From Eledone cirrhosa (Eukaryota): a DNA stretch of 52,202 nucleotides. Location of the stretch: the NCBI GenBank assembly GCA_964016885.1, contig CAXHJY010000186.1:1-52202 (forward strand). The letters run 5' to 3'. This document shows, piece after piece, positions 45,501 to 52,202 of the stretch (positions are counted from its first letter, which is position 1; each line of letters opens with the position of its first letter). The notes under the pieces are model-generated. The model was not told the origin of the DNA. It saw only the letters and a list, made by a program, of their open reading frames with translations, and did not search any database. The position numbers and the translations under genes were made by a program.

Positions 45501-48500
45501 ATCATCACAACAACCAACAACAAAACCCTATCACCACCACCATCAACAACAACATCATCACAACAACCAACAACAAAACCCTATCACCACCACCATCAAC
45601 AACAACATCATCACAACATCAAACAACAAAACCCTATCACCACCATCAACAACAACATCATCATCACAACCAACAACAAAACCCTATCACCACCACCATC
45701 AACAACAACATCATCATCACAACCAACAACAAAACTCTATCACCACCACCATCAACAAAAACATCATCACAACAACCAACAACAAAACCCTATCACCACC
45801 ACCATCAACAACAACATCATCATCACAACCAACAACAAAACCCTATCACCACCACCATCAACAACAACATCATCACAACAACCAACAACAAAACCCTATC
45901 ACCACCACCATCAACAACAACATCATCATCACAACCAACAACAAAACCCTGTCACCACCACCATCAACAACAACATCATCATCACAACCAACAACAAAAC
46001 CCTATAACCACCACCATCAACAACAACATCATCACAACATCCAACAACAAAACCCTATCACCACCATCAACAACAACATCATCATCACAACCAACAACAA
46101 AACCCTATCACCACCACCATCAACAACAACATCATCACAACAACCAACAACAAAACCCTATCACCACCACCATCAACAAAAACATCATCACAACAACCAA
46201 CAACAAAACACTATCACCACCACCATCAACAACAACATCATCATCACAACCAACAACAAAACCCTATCACCACCACCATCAACAACAACATCATCACAAC
46301 AACCAACAACAAAACCCTATCACCACCACCATCAACAACAACATCATCATCACAACCAACAACAAAACCCTGTCACCACCACCATCATCAACAACATCAT
46401 CATCACAACCAACAACAAAACCCTATCACCACCACCATCAACAACAACATCATCACAACATCCAACAACAAAACCCTATCACCACCATCAACAACAACAT
46501 CATCATCACAACCAACAACAAAACCCTATCACCACCACCATCAACAAAAACATCATCACAACAACCAAAAACAAAACCCTATCACCACCACCATCAACAA
46601 CAACATCATCATCACAACCAACAACAAAACCCTGTCACCACCACCATCAACAACAACATCATCATCAGAACCAACAACAAAACCCTATCACCACCACCAT
46701 CAACAACAACATCATCACAACAACCAACAACAAAACCCTATCACCACCACCACCAACAACAACATCATCATCACAACCAACAACAAAACCCTATCACCAC
46801 CACCATCAACAACAACATCATCACAACAACCAACAACAAAACCCTATCACCACCACCATCAACAACAACATCATCATCACAACCAACAACAAAACCCTAT
46901 CACCACCACCATCAACAACAACATCATCACAACAACCAAAAACAAAACCCTATCACCACCACCATCAACAACAACATCATCATCACAACCAACAACAAAA
47001 CCCTGTCACCACCACCATCAACAACAACATCATCATCACAACCAACAACAAAACCCTATCACCACCACCATCAACAACAACATCATCACAACAACCAACA
47101 ACAAAACCCTATCACCACCACCATCAACAACAACATCATCACAACAACCAACAACAAAACCCTATCACCACCACCATCAACAACAACATCATCACAACAT
47201 CAAACAACAAAACCCTATCACCACCATCAACAACAACATCATCATCACAACCAACAACAAAGCCCTATCACCACCACCATCAACAACAACATCATCACAA
47301 CAACCAACAACAAAACCCTATCACCACCACCACCAACAACAACATCATCATCACAACCAACAACAAAACCCTATCACCACCACCACCAACAACAACATCA
47401 TCACAACAACCAACAACAAAACACTATCACCACCACCATCAACAACGACATCATCATCACAACCAACAACAAAACCCTATCACCACCACCATCAACAACA
47501 ACATCATCACAACAACCAACAACAAAACCCTATCACCACCACCATCAACAACAACATCATCATCACAACCAACAACAAAACCGTGTCACCACCACCATCA
47601 ACAACAACATCATCATCACAACCAACAACAAAACCCTATCACCACCACCATCAACAACAACATCATCACAACATCCAACAACAAAACCCTATCACCACCA
47701 TCAACAACAACATCATCATCACAACCAACAACAAAACACTATAACCACCACCATCAACAACAACATCATCACAACATCCAACAACAAAACCCTATCACCA
47801 CCATCAACAACAACATCATCATCACAACCAACAACAAAACCCTATCACCACCACCATCAACAAAAACATCATCACAACAACCAACAACAAAACCCTATCA
47901 CCACCACCATCAACAACAACATCATCATCACAACCCACAACAAAACCCTATCACCACCACCATCAACAACAACATCATCATCACAACCAACAACAAAACC
48001 CTATCACCACCACCATCAACAACAACATCATCATCACAACCAACAACAAAACCCTATCACCACCACCATCAACAAAAACATCATCACAACAACCAAAAAC
48101 AAAACCCTATCACCACCACCATCAACAACAACATCATCATCACAACCAACAACAAAACCCTGTCACCACCACCATCAACAACAACATCATCATCACAACC
48201 AACAACAAAATCCTATCACCACCACCATCAACAACAACATCATCACAACAACCAACAACAAAACCCTATCACCACCACCACCAACAACAACATCATCATC
48301 ACAACCAACAACAAAACCCTGTCACCACCACCATCAACAACAACATCATCACAACAACCAACAACAAAACACTATCACCACCACCATCAACAACAACATC
48401 ATCATCACAACCAACAACAAAACCCTATCACCACCACCATCAACAACAACATCATCACAACAACCAACAACAAAACCCTATCACCACCACCATCAACAAC

Positions 48501-51500
48501 AACATCATATATCACAACCAACAACAAAACCCTGTCACCACCACCATCAACAACAACATCATCATCACAACCAACAACAAAACCCTATCACCACCACCAT
48601 CAACAACAACATCATCACAACAACCAACAACAAAACCCTATCACCACCACCATCAACAACAACATCATCACAACAACCAACAACAAAACCCTATCACCAC
48701 CACCATCAACAACAACATCATCATCACAACCAACAACAAAACCCTGTCACCACCACCATCAACAACAACATCATCATCACAACCAACAACAAAACCCTAT
48801 CACCACCACCATCAACAACAACATCATCACAACAACCAACAACAAAACCCTATCACCACCACCATCAACAACAACATCATCACAACAACCAACAACAAAA
48901 CCCTATCACCACCACCATCAACAACAACATCATCACAACAACCAACAACAAAACCCTATCACCACCACCATCAACAACAACATCATCACAACATCCAACA
49001 ACAAAACCCTATCACCACCATCAACAACAACATCATCATCACAACCAACAACAAAACCCTATCACCACCACCATCAACAACAACATCATCACAACAACCA
49101 ACAACAAAACCCTATCACCACCACCACCAACAACAACATCATCACAACAACCAACAACAAAACCCTATCACCACCACCATCAACAAATCATCATCACACA
49201 ACCAACAACAAAACCCTATCACCACCACCATCAACAACACATCATCGCAACAACCAACAAAAAACCCTATCACCACCACCACCAACAACAACATCATCAT
49301 CACAACCAACAACAAAACCCTATCACCACCACCATCAACAACAACATCATCACAACAACCAACAACAAAACCACTATCACCACCACCATCAACAACAACA
49401 TCATCATCACAACCAACAACAAGACCCTATCACCACCACCATCAACAACAACATCATCACAACAACCACCAACAAAACCCTATCACCACCACATCAACAA
49501 CAACATCATCATCACAACCAACAACAAAACCCTGTCACCACCACCATCAACAACAACATCATCACACAACCAACAACAAAACCCTATCACCACCACCATC
49601 AACAACAACATCATCACACAACCAACAACAAAACCCTATCACCACCACCATCAACAACAACATCATCACAACAACCACAACAAAACCCTATCACCACCAC
49701 CATCAACAACAACATCATCACAACAACCAACAACAAACCCTATCACCACCACCATCAACACAACATCATCACAACAACCAACAACAAAACCCTATCACCA
49801 CCATCAACAACAACATCATCATCACAACCAACAACAAAACCCTATCACCACCACCATCAACAACAACACATCATCACAACAACCAACAACAAAACCCTAC
49901 ACCACCACCACCAACAACACATCATCATCACAACCAACAACAAAACCCTATCACCACCACCATCACAACAACATCATCACAACAACCAACAACAAAACCC
50001 TATCACCACCACCATCAACAACAACACCATCATCACAACCAACAACAAAACCCTATCACCACCACCATCACAACAACATCATCACAACAACCAACAACAA
50101 AACCCTATCACCACCACCATCAACAACAACATCACACACAACCAACAACAAAACCCTATCACCACCACCATCAACAACAACATCATCACACACCACAACA
50201 AAACCCATCACCACCATCACAACAACATCACACACAACCAACACAAAACCCTTCACCACCACCACAACAACAACATCATCACAACAACCAACAACAAAAC
50301 CCTATCACCACCACCATCAACAACAACATCATCACACAACCAACAACAAAACCCTATCACCACCACCATCACAACAAACATCACACAACAACCAACAACA
50401 AAACCCTATCACCACCACCATCAACAACAACATCATCACACAACCAACAACAAAACCCTATCACCACCACCATCAACAACAACATCATCACAACAACCAA
50501 CAACAAAACCCTATCACCACCACCATCAACAACAACATCATCATCACAACCAACAACAAAACCCTTCACCACCACCATCAACAACAACATCATCAACACA
50601 ACCAACAACAAAACCCTATCACCACCACCATCACCAACAACATCATCACAACAACCAACAACAAAACCCTATCACCACCACCACACAACAACATCATCAT
50701 CACAACCAACAACAAAACCCTATCACCACCACCATCAACAACAACATCATCACAACAACCAACAACAAACCCCTATCACCACCACCATCAACAACAACAT
50801 CATCACAACAACCAACAACAAAACACTATCACCACCACCATCAACAACAACATCATCATCACAACCAACAACAAAACCCTATCACCACCACCATCAACAA
50901 CAACATCATCACAACAACCAACAACAAAACCCCTATCACCACCACCATCAACAACAACATCATCATCACAACCAACAACAAAACCCTGTCACCACCACCA
51001 TCATCAACAACATCATCATCACAACCAACAACAAAACCCTATCACCACCACCATCAACAACAACATCATCACAACAACCAACAACAAAACACTATCACCA
51101 CCACCATCAACAACAACATCATCACACAACCAACAACAAAACCCTATCACCACCACCATCAACAACAACATCATCACAACAACCAACAACAAAACCCTAT
51201 CACCACCACCATCAACAACAACATCATCATCACAACCAACAACAAAACCCTGTCACCACCACCATCAACAACAACATCATCATCACAACCAACAACAAAA
51301 CCCTATCACCACCACCATCAACAACAACATCATCACAACAACCAACAACAAAACCCTATCACCACCACCATCAACAACAACATCATCACAACAACCAACA
51401 ACAAAACCCTATCACCACCACCATCAACACAACATCATCACACACAACCAACAACAAAACCCTATCACCACCACCATCAACAACAACATCATCACAACAT

Positions 51501-52202
51501 CCAACAACAAAACCCTATCACCACCATCAACAACAACATCATCATCACAACCAACAACAAAACCCTATCACCACCACCATCAACAACAACATCATCACAA
51601 CAACCAACAACAAAACCCTATCACCACCACCACCAACAACAACATCATCACAACAACCAACAACAAAACCCTATCACCACCACCATCAACAAAATCATCA
51701 TCACAACAACCAACAACAAAACCCTATCACCACCACCATCAACAACAACATCATCGCAACAACCAACAAAAAACCCTATCACCACCACCACCAACAACAA
51801 CATCATCATCACAACCAACAACAAAACCCTATCACCACCACCATCAACAACAACATCATCACAACAACCAACAACAAAACACTATCACCACCACCATCAA
51901 CAACAACATCATCATCACAACCAACAACAAAGACCCTATCAACCACCACCATCAACAACAACATCATCACAACAACCACCAACAAAACCCTATCACCACC
52001 AACATCAACAACAACATCATCATCACAACCAACAACAAAACCCTGTCACCTCCACCATCAACAACAACATCATCATCACAACCAACAACAAAACCCTATC
52101 ACCACCACCATCAACAACAACATCATCACAACAACCAACAACAAAACCCTATCACCACCACCATCAACAACAACATCATCACAACAACCAACAACAAAAC
52201 CC
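21600..52202. repeat. Satellite C: 53-bp tandem array, roughly 575 copies, running off the window end
   Basis: Consensus AAAACCCTATCACCACCACCATCAACAACAACATCATCACAACAACCAACAAC. Common variants are CATCATCATCACAACC and 50-bp units. The consensus has no G. Confidence 0.97.

Noticed and set aside
13805-52202. CRISPR array
   Set aside because: No unique spacers, no cas genes, and a eukaryotic context.
21600-52202. Telomere or telomere-replacing array
   Set aside because: No tandem (CCCTAA)n, and the C-rich strand runs 5'->3' away from the unique sequence, opposite to telomere polarity.

Overview
Eukaryotic, AT-rich, microsatellite-rich DNA with no supportable host gene. The style suggests an invertebrate such as a mollusc or cephalopod, but this is inference only. 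The first ~13 kb is a nest of mobile elements. It holds a ~1-kb non-autonomous Helitron carrying a ~93-bp tandem array and a near full-length but frameshifted L1/Tx1-clade non-LTR retrotransposon (4968-10229; CCHC ORF1; APE-RT-zinc finger ORF2) inserted inside an (ATCT)n microsatellite. It also holds a 132-bp direct-repeat module and a ~1.2-kb fold-back palindrome. From ~13.8 kb to the window end the + strand is almost G-free and consists of three abutting satellites: a 51-bp array (~6.4 kb), a 15-bp array with a 90-bp higher-order unit (~0.9 kb), and a 53-bp array (>30 kb) with kb-scale higher-order duplications. The 51-bp and 53-bp units share an identical 16-bp core, CTATCACCACCACCAT. The very long ORFs in the satellites are best explained by base composition, not coding function. 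The best leads are a probable (TATC)n-targeting Tx1 family and the strand-asymmetric compound satellite with its conserved core.
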